DNA from: the human T2T-CHM13v2.0 reference genome, Homo sapiens
Length of the DNA stretch: 64,000 bases
Assembly: GCF_009914755.1 (NCBI RefSeq)
Contig: NC_060925.1
Direction: 5' to 3' (one strand)
Part shown: piece by piece, positions 1 through 19,939 of the stretch
Layout of the letters: every line of letters begins with the position of its first letter
How positions within the stretch are numbered: the stretch's first letter is position 1
Notes under the pieces: model-generated
What the model saw: the letters and a program-made list of their open reading frames with translations, nothing else
Told to the model about the DNA's origin: nothing
The model's database searches: none
Program-made: the position numbers and the translations under genes

Positions 1-712
1 CTTTGCTTCTCATCAAACAGACAAAACTCTGCCACTTTGGGGCATCTGTGCTTTCTGTTCCCTCAGTCCTGGAACGTTCTCCCCATGACCTGCTGCATAA
101 ATGGGCTGTTTCTTCTGCAAGCTCAGCTGGAATGTTACCGCTTCAGAGACCTTCTTGGAACCCCCCAACTCAGGTTGAACACATACAACCCAGTTCAAGT
201 ACCTCTTGTAATCACCCTTTTAAAGTGATCTTTTCTGTTCTCTGTCTCTCCCCATCAGAATGCAGGAATCTTCTGTCTTCCCCCATTTGTGGTTCCAAAA
301 GCCCCATTTGTTTGCTTCTGTATGAACCCTAACTCAGTATCCATATAGACATCTGTTAAATATCAGAAAATTAAATATACTATTTGGCTGGGGCTTAGAG
401 CCTAGGAAAAAGTCCCTCCTGCCTCCAAGAGGAAGGTTCTTTAAAGAGCTATGCTCAGGATGGTCTTTCTGTTGTACCTAAAAAGCTAGGGCAGCAGCAG
501 CTGAGGGCCAGAAAGGATCTGTCTCCCCTGTTTATGTTGACTCTGCAGGGCTTCCAGTACTTCAGTCTTGCATCTCACTGATCATTAAAACGTTCATTTT
601 GAAGGAGGGTGATGGGATTAGGGAGCAGTGGTGTTAAGAAGAAAACGAAAGGACTTTTTTTTCTTTTTAAAGATTAATGTTTAGAATAGGCTTAGTACTA
701 GAAGTACATACA

Positions 713-924
713 GCCTGGGCATCATAAGGAGAGCCCACCTCTACAGAATATTAAAAACAAAAAATTAGCCAGGTGTGATGTTGCATGCCTGTGGTCCCAG
801 CCACTTGGGAGGCTGAAGGGCGTGAAGGGGGAGGATCACTGGAGCCCCCATGGTCAAGGCTGCAGTGAGCCCTAATCATACCACTGCACTCCAGCTTGGG
901 TGACAGAGTGAGACCCGGTCTCAA

Positions 925-956
<32 letters not shown>

Positions 957-982
957 ACACACACACAGAAAAAAAAAAAAAA
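713..982 (+). mobile_element. 5'-truncated Alu (AluJ-like) with (CA)n + poly(A) tail
   Basis: GCCTGTGGTCCCAGC...GAGACCCGGTCTC followed by (CA)n ~925-967 and an A-run. Confidence 0.85.
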
Positions 983-2449
983 CCTGGAAGTTGAAGAAGA
1001 TAATGAAAGCAATTTGAAATAGAGGAACATAGAATTATAAAATGAATAGGGTGCAACATGGAAGATAACAAAACTAAAAATGAAGAGAAGGAAAAATAAG
1101 GTTAAGTTTGAGGTTGATAGGGTTAAATCAAGACAGGTATGAAACCTAGAGAAAGTAAAAATGAGAACTCACGATGCTAGGCAGAGAGAATACATGAATT
1201 AAAATAAACATTCAATTTTTGGAGCAACTCACTCTCACAAAGATAAGGTTTTGTAAGCAGGTGGTGCTGTGCATGGGAGACCTGCCCTCTCAAAGGTAGT
1301 TGCCAAATGGTTCCAGATAGCAGAAGGAAACGTGTCAAATTTCAGGCCAGTCTCATTCATTCCTCCAGAAGAGGAGCTGCTTTTTTGGACAAAACCCCCG
1401 ATCTCCTGTTGTGTGTGGTCTCTTCTGCCTATTTCAGGTGTTTTCCTTATTTTCAATGAAAGAAGCCAAGACCAATAAGTTCTTATTGCTTCTTAGTTTC
1501 CTCACTCGGCATACTACAATGCAAAAAGAGCAGTCCATATCTGGTCACCTGCCAGGATACCAGAAGACTGGGAGATAGGCAGCACAAGAAATGGCTAAAT
1601 CTTCTTTCTCCATTGTTCTGTAGAATGATTATTTTCAATATGAAATTGATTACAATATATTCTTCACATTGTTTTGTGTTTGACAGCAGTGGACTTTGAG
1701 TACCAAATTTTTTTCGAATAGCTACTATGAGGGACATATTGTGCTGGGTGTTGTGGCCACATGGATGAATGGAGTCGGCCTTGTTAACTATTAAACTCAA
1801 AAACACGTGATAATTACCTGAGAGATCCATGCAGGGGAGAGTCCAGGGGAAGGTGACTGATCACTGCTTCCCAGGGGGAGGCAGAAAATGCTTCTTGGAG
1901 GAGATGATGGGTGGATTAAAGAAGACAAGAGCTGAGCAGGAGTTGTAGCTACCGGCCAGGGAGGAAGGGTATTCAGAGCAGAGGAAGCAAGGTGAGCAAA
2001 GGCACCAAGATGTGACACTGCTGGACTGCCAAGCTATTCAGTGTGGCAGAGTAGGGTAAAGGAGACAACAAAGAAGGGAGAGGAATAAATCACAGGGTGA
2101 GCAGTTCTAAAAAGCAACAGTCTTGTCAGGAATAAACAATCACCATCGTAAACTCAGACTTTGATATTATTCCCTGTCCTTTTAGGGCAGCTTGAGCCCT
2201 TTTGTTTGACTTAGCACAACGTGACTCCAAACTAGGGTTGTTTTAATTTCCCAAGACACAGTAGTAGGCAATTTCTTGAGGACCTAATTGCAGATAGAGT
2301 TTGTCGGTCTCAGCATGTGGGAGCTCCAGATGAATGGCAGTAATGGGAAGCAGTTTGGTAGTGGTTCAGCAGTGTGGCCTGGGAACCTAGTTGACTGGCC
2401 TGCCTCCTGGGTCTGCCAACCTAACTGGAATGTATTCTTGGGTTCTGAT

Positions 2450-3300
2450 TGTGATGGGATTTAAAAGTCTCTAAGCTATGTTAGGAAGCCTTAGACATTA
2501 TCCTGAGGTCATTGGAGAGCCATCGAAAGGTATCTGTCTTGGAAAAACCTTGATTACCCTGTCATATAAATACTGCTCTGGTAATGTGAAAAATGAATTG
2601 AATGAAAGGTGGCAAGATAGGTATGGAGACCTATTTGGTTATGTCGTGGTAATCCAGATAAGAAATGATAGTGGCTTGAATGAAAAGTAAAGGATACAAC
2701 TACATAGAATAAACGGGCATTTCAGTTGTGGAAACATAACTTGTTTGGGGGGCGTGTGTGTGTATGTGTATGTGTGTGTAGAGTCAAAAGTGGCTCTTGG
2801 GTCTCCCTTTGTTGTTTGAGCTAGAGTGACACATTCCAAGTAGAGCTGTGTGGGGAGGCAATTGAATATGTAGTTTTGGCACCCCAGCTAGAGATCTGGG
2901 ATGGAGAGATACCCAGCTAGGAGGCAGCTGGTTATCAGTGGTAATGAAGTCACAGAAGTGTATATATTCTCCCAGGGGGACCTGCAGAATGGAATCACAG
3001 GAAGTCCTCCTACAGACTCATCAGGGATATTACCTTGGTATGAGCCAGAGGACAAGCTGAAAACCAGAGTGGTTTGCTCTCCTAAAAGCCAAGGAGTGAG
3101 AACTCTTCAGGCAGAAGAGAGTGAGGGCAGAGTGATCAGTAGCTCTCACGTTATCAAGAGGGTAATTCAAACTATTAAGGAAGAGACTGTTAGGAGGAGT
3201 TTAACAAGGAGGAGGCCCTTTAATGACTCAGAAAGTAGTTGAAGTAATTTTCATAGACCTAGAAATGAGTGGGAAGTGAGAAATAAAATTGAAATATGTA
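2450..3300. mobile_element. Degenerate LINE-2 fragments
   Basis: L2-like stretches such as GTAATCCAGATAAGAAATGATAGTGGCTTG and GAAATGAGTGGGAAGTGAGAAA; recognised by eye only. Confidence 0.45.
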
Positions 3301-3471
3301 GATGTCAGAGTTTATGTTTTGTGGAAGCAAAAAAGGTTTTAAATAGATTGGATAGTGGGAGAAGGAGCAAGATGGTCAGGTTTCATTGCCATTTCACTTG
3401 TAGTCAAATACCATGAATTTCTGGTAATACTAATCTGGGCAGGGCTGTGGGTATGCGTGTACATTAGTTAA

Positions 3472-3825
<354 letters not shown>

Positions 3826-4986
3826 AGTGTAGATAATTCACTTTACTAAAACTCACCTGGAACTTTGGGGAAATTTCTGACTGCACCTATCTTATGATAT
3901 AATGGCACCTACTGTTGAGGTATAGTATTGTAGCTTAATATTAATTATAATATAAAATATCTAGAAAAAATAAGTCAAGATACTGTTTTTCTGGGGGTAG
4001 GCATGTTTAGTTTGAAATTTTCCATAGGAAGAAATTCAGTCCTCTGAAAACGTATTGCCAATAAGTGCATTGCAGGACATGATATATAAAGAAAATATTG
4101 GACAGTGTATATATGGAGAATTTTAGAATTTAGAATATGACATGAAATGAAGGTGAGATTTCACTTGGTTAGAATTTTCTTGACCAGTCTCTCAACCTGA
4201 GGCAGGACCATGACCAGGGAGTAAGAAAAGAAATGCTCCTTGGAGATCAAAATAGATCTATCTACTTTGGTCCTTCCACTATAGAAGAGGCCTTTGCATT
4301 CTGTTGGCCCTTTAGGCTTTTACTTGATGTCTCCATCATCTTATTTTGCAAGCCCACAGATAATTTGAGGAAGATGAGTTGCCGCAGTAGAAATGATAGG
4401 GAGAAAAAAAAAACTACAAAAAACAGAAATAAAAAATTCTAAAACCACAGCAATATAGTAGCTTTATTATAGGACATGCTGGATAAACAATCCAACAGCT
4501 ACCTCAGGGAGCTTCTGAGAGAATGCATGATGCAATGATCAGTGAGGCAAGATCAAATTGTGTTTGATGTTCAAGAAAGGAAAAACAATTCATGTAAGTC
4601 TATCCAAAGTAGTAAATGTTTTATATTTAAGTAGTGTATATTCACTTGTCAGATGCTCAGTTCACTTATCTGAAACCTATGAAATAAAGTCTTATATTTT
4701 AGAATATTTGAGTTCATATTTATTTTAATCTATGAAATCCACTACATTTACTTAATAATCACCTCTTACCATAACATTTCTTGAGCACCCACAAGGTGGG
4801 TAGAGTGTAGTAGAAAAAGAAGAACATGGTCCTTGACCCCCAGGAACTTGCCTTTTAAGAGAAGACACCCTGAAGTGACAAGCTGTTATAAGTTAGTGTT
4901 TTAAACTATGGAAGAACAATCTGAGCAGAGTGCTCTATACTGTAGATGACTTCTTAGAGGAGAAGTTACTTTTGAAATGAATTTAG

Positions 4987-5484
<498 letters not shown>

Positions 5485-5823
5485 TAAACTAGCCTTTTTT
5501 TTTTTGTTTTCTGCTTGCTCTAGAGATTTGCACACATTTTAGGGTACATATTCCACTATGGAGATGATGATTTTTTTTTCTTGTGAAATGAGGTTTAAGA
5601 TAGCAATGCATTTTTGCAGACTTTGAGAAATTGAAATCTCCAAGAAATCTTTTTCTTGGCAATAGATTGCCTGGGTGAACATGAAACTGAAATTTGCCCT
5701 TATAATAGGTAAAGAAAGAAAATAATATGCCCATGCATTCAAAACCGCAATGCAGAATTTTGACCTTGATTCCAATCTGTTTAGAAACTGGATTGAAAAA
5801 ATCTCAAAATTATTTTCTTTTAG

Positions 5824-5926
5824 GAAAAACATGTCCATGTATAGGTGATCCTTTACATGGCCAAGCAGTCCTTGCAAATGGGACTTATGAGCTAGGTTAT
5901 CAGATACACTTTATTTGTAATGAGGG
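5824..5926 (+). pseudogene. CD46P1: CD46-like pseudogene exon 3 (CCP2a)
   Basis: tag|GAAAA...GAGGG|gtaagt, 103 bp; [34 protein letters not shown]. Confidence 0.95.
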
Positions 5927-6529
5927 GTAAGTAAGTTCCTCCTTAGAGGAAATAAGGAAAATGTTAGTAATTTTATTTTCGTTTTGCTTCTCTTCTTAAG
6001 CTTTCATATAAACTTTATTTAATTTTGCTTTCTATGTGACAAGTTATACTTCTAGCCAAACAACTCTTGGATGTTTTATGGAGACAGCAAAGACGTAGAG
6101 TAAATAGAAATTGATATTGAAGGAAAGCATAACTACTTGCTATTTCTGACAATAAGTCTGTTGAAAGCATTAAGAATGTAGTAATCATGAGAATTCATCC
6201 TTCACAACTGAGTGTCCCCTATTTAAATCTGCAAACTCTTAGAGTTAAAGTAGGGCTGACAGAAATGAGAAATAGAATTGCCAACTAAAAATATGCTTGT
6301 ATCCAGATGACTCTGTAAAGTGTGACCTGGTTAGCCTTTACCATCATGTTGAACAAAAGCTCTCAGTTGAAAAACCTTATTTCTGAGACTGCTACAATGT
6401 GAAGCATCTCAAGAACAGGCACTGAGCACTCGGTAATAGCCTTTGTTCTGCAGGACTTTTAAAGTCCTGGATATTGGGGATACTGGACATTTAAGTGAAA
6501 TGTGCTTTTAGAGAGTAAATGTAATTTTC

Positions 6530-6953
6530 ATAGATTTTCTATTGCTATAACACAATACGTGAGACTAGATAATTCATAAAGAAAAGAATTTATTTGGCTC
6601 ATATTTCTGGAGGCTGGGGAATTCAAGGGCATGGCAGTAGTACCTGGCAAGGGCTTTCATGCTGCATCAGAACATGCTGGAAAGTGAAAGGGAAATTCAG
6701 CACTTGCAAAAAAGACAAAGCACAAGGGAGGGGCTCTCGCTTTATAACAACCTGCTCTTGTGGTAACGAATCCAAGCCTACAAGAATGAAGATCCACTCC
6801 CTCAAGAATTAATGAAGACCCTCTAGAAAGGCATTATCCCTCTTAATGCCCTAATCATTTCTGAAAGGCCCCATCACCTCTCACTGCTGTTACACTGGCA
6901 ATTAAATTTCAATAAGAGTTTTGGTAGAGACAAACCACATTCAAACAATAGCA
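6530..6953. mobile_element. MaLR LTR (MST-type)
   Basis: TTGCTATAACACAATAC-TGAGACT...TAAAGAAAAGAATTTATTTGGCTCA...CATTCAAACAATAGCA. Confidence 0.75.
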
Positions 6954-7379
6954 ATAATACACTATAATATATAAACAAAGTGAGTCTTGGAGGAAAAGTG
7001 CACTGTGACCATGTAAGGCAGTTTCACTAAGAGTTTTTAAAATTTGGTCAAGTAGAAATATTGGAGTATTCAATTAATAGTTACATAGAGCTTGCTAGGC
7101 ACTATGAGGGATACCAAAAGTTTAAGACATGGACCCTCCTAAAAGAAGTTCTAACCTTATTGAGAAACAATATATACTGAGAGGTATCAAACCAAAATAC
7201 TAAATGAGAAATACCAAATAATAGAATTAATCATGTTATTACACTAAGAGTCCAGAAGGAGGAGAGATTCCTGTGAATTTAAATCAGGGAAGATTTCACT
7301 GAGTATAGGTGTATACTCAATGAAAGTATTCCTATACTCAATGAGCTACTCCTAGAAAGACATTCTGTTCTAAATAATA

Positions 7380-7600
7380 TTAATAGGAGCTAAAACTCGT
7401 GTAGCACTCACTATGTGCCAAATGCTAACTTATCTAATCTCCTAAACAACCCCACGAGCTATGTACTGTTATCCCCTTTTAATCAATTAGGTAACTGAGT
7501 GAGAGGAACTTTAAGTGATTTACCCAAGCTCAAGAAACTAGTAAGTTGGGAAGCAGAGACTCTAATCCAGGCATTCCAGCTCTAGGGCCTGTTCTCTCTA
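7380..7600. mobile_element. MIR
   Basis: ACTGTTATCCCCTTTT...GGTAACTGAG...TTAAGTGATTTACCCAAG MIR core. Confidence 0.7.
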
Positions 7601-7934
7601 CAGTCTTGTCCTTACTGAGCAAAGTCGTGTGAGAAAACGCACAGAAATGAATGTGTAATGTGATTGCAGGAGGCAGCAAAGAGGCTGGGTGGAACGGCAC
7701 AGCAGATTTATTTAGATGTTTTTGCTCTCGGCCAATATACGTTCAAATAGAGAAACTCTTTATTTGATTAAATTGCAGATTTATTTAGCACTTTCATTAT
7801 ATAGTATGTTGTTTAAGAAACCACCCCCCTCAAATTACTGCAGCGTAGAAAATAAACCATATAAAAAGTTCCTTCATTATTATGTGTCTTATTAATTGCT
7901 ATACAAAACAGTAACCCTTTCTTTTCCCATTTAG

Positions 7935-8020
7935 TTATTACTTAATTGGTAAAGAAATTCTATATTGTGAACTTAAAGGATCAGTAGCAGTTTGGAGCAG
8001 TAAGCCCCCAATATGTGAAA
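7935..8020 (+). pseudogene. CD46P1: CD46-like pseudogene exon 4 (CCP2b)
   Basis: ttag|TTATTAC...TGTGAAA|gtaagt, 86 bp; [28 protein letters not shown]. Confidence 0.95.
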
Positions 8021-8207
8021 GTAAGTAAATTCTTTTTTTTTTTTTTTTAATTCAGACCAGTAGTCCTCAAAGATTTTTTGCCTCAGGGCACCTTTTACAT
8101 TTTAAGATTAACAAAGATCCCAAAGAGGTTTCTTTTATGTGGGTTATATCTATTGGTATTTATCATATTGGAATTCAAACTGAGAGATTTTTTAAATAAG
8201 TATTGAT

Positions 8208-8483
8208 TCTTTTTGTTTTTGTTTTTGTTTTTCCTAAGAGAGGGTACCAGTATGTTTCCCAGGCTGGAGCACAGTGGCACAATCTCAGGTCACTGCAACC
8301 TCAGCCTCCTGAGCAGCTGAGACTACAGGCATGTGCCACCATACCTGGCTTTTTGTAACTTTTGTAGAGACGTGGTTTTGCCATGATGCCCAGGCTGGTC
8401 TTGAACTCCCGTGCTCAAGCAATCTGCCCCCGTGGGCCTCCCAAAGTGCTGGGATTACAAATGTGAGCCACCCCACCTGGCCT
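8208..8483 (-). mobile_element. AluJ-like
   Basis: (TTTTTG)n tail then CCCAGGCTGGAG...CCCAAAGTGCTGGGATTACA...CCTGGCC. Confidence 0.85.
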
Positions 8484-8700
8484 GATTAATTTGTAAGAAT
8501 AGATGCAATACAAATTAACATATATAACATTTTTTAATGAAAAATAACAATTTTCCAAAACAAAATAAAATTAGTGAGAATAGTGGCATTGTTCACATTT
8601 TTTGCACATCTCTTCAACACCTAACTTAAAGGAAGACTTGGATTTGGGCTGTTGTGTAATCACACAATATGTAGACTTTGGAAAATATCACTATACACTT

Positions 8701-9011
<311 letters not shown>

Positions 9012-9214
9012 CACTATACACTTATAAGGATGAGAGTGAAAAAAGACAATATGTTGGTGGTATTGTGAATCACCAATTTAGAAAATGGATATATTTAAAA
9101 ATTGCAAAGGATTTCTCAGCTAGCGCTCAGTTAAGCATATTTTCTCATTAAATTGTCAGCATTTCTTGTGATAACTAGAAGAAAACTTAGCATGGCCTTG
9201 CAAATAAATATAGG

Positions 9215-9636
9215 CGTATTAGGCCGTTTTCGTATTGCTATAAAGAAATGCCTGAGACTGGGTAATTTATAAAGAAAAGAGGTTTAATTGGCTCGTGATT
9301 CTACAAGCTGTACAGGAAGCATGATGCTGGCATCTGCTGGGGGTTTGGGGAGGCCTCAGGAAACAACAACCATTGGGAAAGGCAAAGGGGGAGCAAGGTG
9401 TCTCACATGGCAGGAGCAGGAGCAAGGTGGGGAGGACGGGAGGTGTTGCGCACTTTTAAATAACCAGATCTCCCAAGCACTCAGTATCACGAGAACAGCA
9501 CCAAGGGGACGGTGCTAAACCATTCATGAGAAATCCACCCCCATGATTCAGACCCCTCCCACCAGGCCCCACCTCCAACATTGTGGACTACAATTTGACA
9601 TGAGATTTGGTGGGGACACAGATCCAAACCATATCA
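9215..9636. mobile_element. MaLR solo LTR (MSTA/B)
   Basis: GTATTAGGCCG...CCTGAGACTGGGTAATTTATAAAGAAAAGAGG...CAAACCATATCA; 5-bp TSD ATAGG. Confidence 0.9.
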
Positions 9637-9867
9637 ATAGGTATTTACACTTTAAGAAAATGAGATTTGTTCTGAAAGTTAGTTACTACATTAATGGTTT
9701 GAATTTGGGATGATATATTTGCTCATAGAAACCTTCTTTTAAATCCATATTGAATTCACAACCAGCTTGTAGAAACCCTATACTGACAAATTCACTGAAG
9801 ACACAGAAATTTTACTAATGCTGCCTTAATCTTTTACATTTCTTTCCTCTTTTTCTTCAATTTTAAG

Positions 9868-10097
<230 letters not shown>

Positions 10098-10559
10098 TAA
10101 GTACTCTGGAAATATTTTGTAAATAGTTTTATCTACAAATAAAGCAGGTGTATGTGCTTCCTCCTCCTGTGTAATTGGATCTAATTTATTTTAATACAGG
10201 TCAATTCAAGCCAAAAAATAGTTCTAGCTAGAGTTCTCTATTTTTCACCCCCACATGTTCTTGGGATTTCATTTCATACAGTGTGAACTACTGTGTAATC
10301 TGCATGAGTTAGAAGTTTTTGTTTGAAAGACCAAAAAAAATAATAAATCAACAAACACTGGCTTAAAAATAAGAAAGGTGGTTCTTGTATTACAAGAAAT
10401 CTAAGAGTTCTGGCTTTGGTAGTGGTAGACTGTAACAGACTAATGCTCTCACCAATAAAAATGATAAACTCTGGATAAAAAATAATTTTCTTAAAGACCA
10501 GAGTGACCAAAAGTATGAAGACTCCACAGGGGACTTGCCCGTTTAAACAAAGAAATCAC

Positions 10560-11185
10560 AGAATAACAGTGATTTAAAAGTATATACTTCCCAAGTATGC
10601 ATGAAACATTCTCCAAAGTAGACCATATTCTAGACAATAAGACAATTTTCCACAAATCTCAAAAAATTGAAATCATTCAAAATACATTATCTGATCACAA
10701 CAGAATGAAAGTAGGAATCAACAACAAGGCCAATCCCCAAAGAAATGAAAAGTATAGAAGACACTCCTAAATAATCCATGCATAAAAATAGTAGTCAGCC
10801 GGGAAATTAGAAAGTGTTTTGAATTGAATCATAACACATCAAAATATCCAAACATGTAGGATACAGCTAAAGCATTGCTTACAGGGGAATGTATAGCATA
10901 ACATACTTACGTTAGAAAAAAAAGAAAAGCCTCAAATCAATGATTTAATTTTCCACCTTAAGAAACTAAAAAAGAAGAGCAAATTAAATCCCAAACTAGC
11001 AGATGTAAGGAAATGATAAAGATAGAGCCAAAATCAATGAAACTGAGAAGAGAAAAAAAAAAATAGAGAAAATCAATGAAACCAACAGTTGCTACTTGGA
11101 GATCAATAAAATGTGTAAACCTACAGCCAGACTGACAAAGAAAAAAAAGACACAAATTAACCAATACTGAGAATGAAAGAAGTGG
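10560..11185 (+). mobile_element. Old L1M ORF2 fragment
   Basis: GAAACATTCTCCAAAGTAGACCATATT...TCTGATCACAAC...AAATTAGAAAGTGTTTTGAA, A-rich L1 ORF2 pattern. Confidence 0.8.
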
Positions 11186-11199
11186 TGGTCAAGCACGGC

Positions 11200-12262
11200 A
11201 CCCCAGCCAGCTTGAAGACCCTGCACTCCTGCAGCTGGCAGGGGCAGTCACTCCTGGACTTGTCCTTTTAGAAGCTCCAGCTTTACCACTTGCTGGTGGA
11301 GCCCAACCACTGCCGCAGGGTCCTCATCACCAACACGCCTGGCAGATCCAAGAGGAGATGGCCCAGGATGGGATGTGGTGAACAGCAGCACCCAAGAGTG
11401 TGGGGTGCGTGTGGCTCCACTGCCTGGTTTCTGCAGAGATCCTGTGCCAGTGCCCTGTGCCCGCCACACAGGAGCCAGAGGGGGAGCACCATGCCCCCCA
11501 CTTTGGAGACTGCTGCACGAAGGGGCCAGGTATCAGACCTTTGCTGTCTCACCTTAGCACTGGCACCAGGAGCCCTGCAAAGCAGCATCTGGGAGATGGA
11601 CAGCCAGGGGGAAAATAAAGGAAGCTTTCAGAAGTGGCTAGATGAGATATTTGAAATACTGAAAACTAAAAATCCCAACTGCATGGAAGAGCTGGCCTCA
11701 GATGTGGTCAGTTCTTACGACAACCTGGACACACAGTGCTGACCCGCATGATGGGATGCACCAAGCTGGGCCCCTGCAACGCACTTGGAGGCTTGGCCCT
11801 GCCACCGCCCCACCTCCCAGCTCCAGCTACAATTGCAGTCTGACCTGGGCAAGCAAGAGCACATGGTGGAGATCCTGATGGAGACCTGAGCCACACGTGC
11901 CACAGTGCTGGCCAGACATGGAGGATGGGATCCCGCCAAGGGAACTCTGGCCAGCCTGTAGCCCACTGCCCAGCCTTGCCGGCTCCTCTGCTGATTCCTG
12001 CATGGTCTGCAGCCCCAGGCCCATTCCCTTCCTTCCCCTCTGCAGAGGGCAAGCCGGAGGCTGGTCTCAGCAGGAGCTAGGGCTCTCCTCAAAGGCTTTC
12101 TGACCTTGGGGCAGGCTTGACATCCCCATAGCCCTGCATCCCTCATCCCTTTTCATGTCTACTGGAGGACAGTGAGCCATAGCTGCAGCAATCTTGTTTA
12201 AATTTAGGTAGTTGAATTTTTTAGAATTAAGTTTTGTATGTTTTGAGCAATAAATTGTCTTA
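11200..12262 (+). pseudogene. CDCA4 (SERTA domain) processed pseudogene, probably CDCA4P3
   Basis: Intronless QSLLDLSF*KLQLYHLLVEPNHCRRVLITNT...WEMDSQGENKGSF...KNPNCMEEL...HMVEILMET* (TGA 11887-11889) resembles CDCA4; in-frame TAG 11269-11271, frameshifts; 3'UTR with AATAAA 12249-12254. Confidence 0.88.
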
Positions 12263-12276
12263 AGATATATATTTTA

Positions 12277-16522
<4,246 letters not shown>

Positions 16523-17777
16523 TATTTTATTCTTTTCAGAGTGATCTGTTGACACCTTTACTGAGTTTGTTCCTATTGCAGGACTCTTTGATTTTCTGGA
16601 GTGCAACCAGTTTGAGTCTTTTGATGTAACACATTTAAACAGGGAAATTTCTGCTGTCTGCAGAACACGACCTATATTTCTGTCTCTTCCCTGCCTGCAG
16701 TCTTCCACACCTCATAATGTTATTCTTTTTTTCTCTTTACTGGGCAGTTTTATCTGGCAATAGCAACTAAATTTATAGCAACTGAAAGGCAGGAAAAGTC
16801 CTTATTTACTGAGATGAAATAGAGGACTTTTTGCAGGGACTCCTGATCAGCAGCTGTGCTTATGACTGGAGAGATTATTTTGATATGACGGAAGGGATTA
16901 TTGTCCTGATTTCAGCACTGCTATCTCTGGTTTCACTTTCCTTGCAGCAGAAGCAAGAGACTAATTGTAGGAAGAGCATTAGCCTGCGCAGACTATGCTT
17001 AATTAACATCATTTCTGTGGTCTTCAGTTTCCATTTAGTTTAATGAGATTGTTGAACTCAAATCTCAATCACTGGATTCTAATTTGTTTATATATTTCCT
17101 ATCTCCCTAATATTTTAAAGGATCTAGGGGAATTATGCACGTTAACATAGTAATTAGAATACCATTTTATAATTCCTATAAAAGCCTGTTAACTGGTAGC
17201 CTCCTTAGTTGAGTCCTGTAGGTTTTGAGGGGCAGGAAGAGATGGTTTTTTTAGTGGACTGATATATGAGCAAAACAAGATTGCATATGAATTTAATACT
17301 CAATAAGGTATCCAGGCTTACTCACATGCTCCTAGTGGGTATATGTACTAATACTAAGTTTGTTGATACAGTCTTTTGAAAGAGTTAACTATAAGCATTT
17401 CATAAAGTGTTTATAAAACACTGATCTAGCTTAGTGTTTGAGAGCAGAGGAGAGAATTGCTTGTGAGAAAAAGTTTATAAAAAAGAGAAACTACAGGGGT
17501 ATTTTTTGAAAAATGACAAATCAAAATTCCTCATGGGATTGTCAGTCATTTTTTGTCATCAGTAAGAGGAAGAATAAATAGCAAGATAATGATGTTAAGG
17601 TAGATCTAAATGTGCTAATGTGAAAAAATGTCCAGGAAGTCCTAAGCGGAAAAGAGGAAGATGTAAATTATGTAGTATAATACCACTTAACAGTTTTTTA
17701 AAAAGATACATATGTTTACCCCAAGCACATTACTTTTATGATTTATTACTGGTTATCTTCTAGGATTTCCATTATAA

Positions 17778-18083
<306 letters not shown>

Positions 18084-18144
18084 TGTAGTGACCATTCTTG
18101 TACATGCATCCTTACATACTTGTGCAAATATATATGTAGATTAA

Positions 18145-18434
<290 letters not shown>

Positions 18435-19159
18435 CAAAGAATGACACTGGGTGTATTAAAAAGTATGATAAGTGACATGATCACAGTAGACATTTCCTCC
18501 AATAGAATATTGGGAGAAAGCCTAATGGAAACCAATGAAAAATAAGAAACACACGTAGCCTTTGGAACATAGCCTTTCTCACCTAGTGGAGGAGGAGCTG
18601 AGACTTGAGTAAGACAGTCAGATGAAGTAAGGCAGTATTCGGGAATGTTTGTGTGAGCTAAGACTATACATCCTGAGTGATACACGTGTGTTGGACCATG
18701 TATACATGGGTCTCCATTAGTGAAGCCGCACTGAGTAGAGAATAGTTTTCTACCTAAAGCATCTTTACTCCATGATGAATCAGTTATGCATGGAGGAGAA
18801 AGAGCTAACACGTGTACTGAAATATCTGCTACATTATCTACTCAACCCTAATTCTACTCACCTTTCTACAGCCTTTGATATTTAGAGTTACTCCGTCCTC
18901 ACAGAACTCTTTCCAACTCCAGCACTGGAAACAATTGACTCCTGTCTCTACCAAACTGTACGTCCCAGATTCTTGTCTTAGGAGCCATAGAACTCCAAAG
19001 GTTTATGGCTATAACTGTGTTTTGACATAATTGGCTTTCTTTATAGTCCTACGTGATTTACTTATACATTACAAAAAACAGCTCTGAGAAGGGATTCATA
19101 ATTCTGACCAGCCAGGCAAAGGTGTATACATGATACATAAAGATATTAAGAACCCCTCA

Positions 19160-19605
19160 TGACTATTCACAATAGCAAAGACATGGAATCAATTTCAATG
19201 CCCATCAGTGATAGACTGGATAAAGAAAATGTGCTACATATCCACCATGGAATACTATGCAGCCATAAAAAAGAATGAGATCATGTCCTCTTCAGGGACA
19301 TGGATGGATCTAGAGGCCATTATCCATTGCAAACTAACGCAGGAACAGGAAACCAAATACTGCATGTTCTCACTTATAAATGGGAGCTGAATGATGAGAA
19401 CACATGGACAGATGTGGGGGAACAACACATACTGGGATCTATTGGAGGGTAGAGGATAGGAAGAGGGAGAGGATTAGGAAAAATAACTAATGGTACTAGG
19501 CTTAATACTTGGGTGGTGAAATAATCTGTACAACAAACCCCCATGACACAAGTTTACCTATGTAATAAACCTGCACATGTACCCCTAAACGTAAAAGTTA
19601 ATAAA
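19160..19605 (+). mobile_element. L1 3' end (L1PB/L1PA-old)
   Basis: ORF2 C-terminal ..DWIKKM..MEYYAAIKKNEIMS; 3'UTR AACCTGCACATGTACCCC. Confidence 0.88.
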
Positions 19606-19939
19606 AGAACCCCTGCATGGATATGGATCATGTATTTCCATTCAGATCTTCCTTTCATTAATTTTACATGCCCCTCTTCAACAGTCTCATTGATTCCTGT
19701 GATTTTGACCATCTCCCATCCATTATCTTTTACAAAAGTCCTCTTGTGCCTTTTTTGGAAGTCCATTTTCATAATCAACAAATTACCTATATTCCCAATC
19801 TTTTCCTAAACATTCTCACACCTCCTGGCCTTCACTAAACCCCATCTGTCCCATGCCCACATCTTTCTCAGTTTAAAAAACAACAACAATGAAAAACTTT
19901 CGCTGCTTAACCTTGATGGCGCTATCCCTTCCCCACCCA

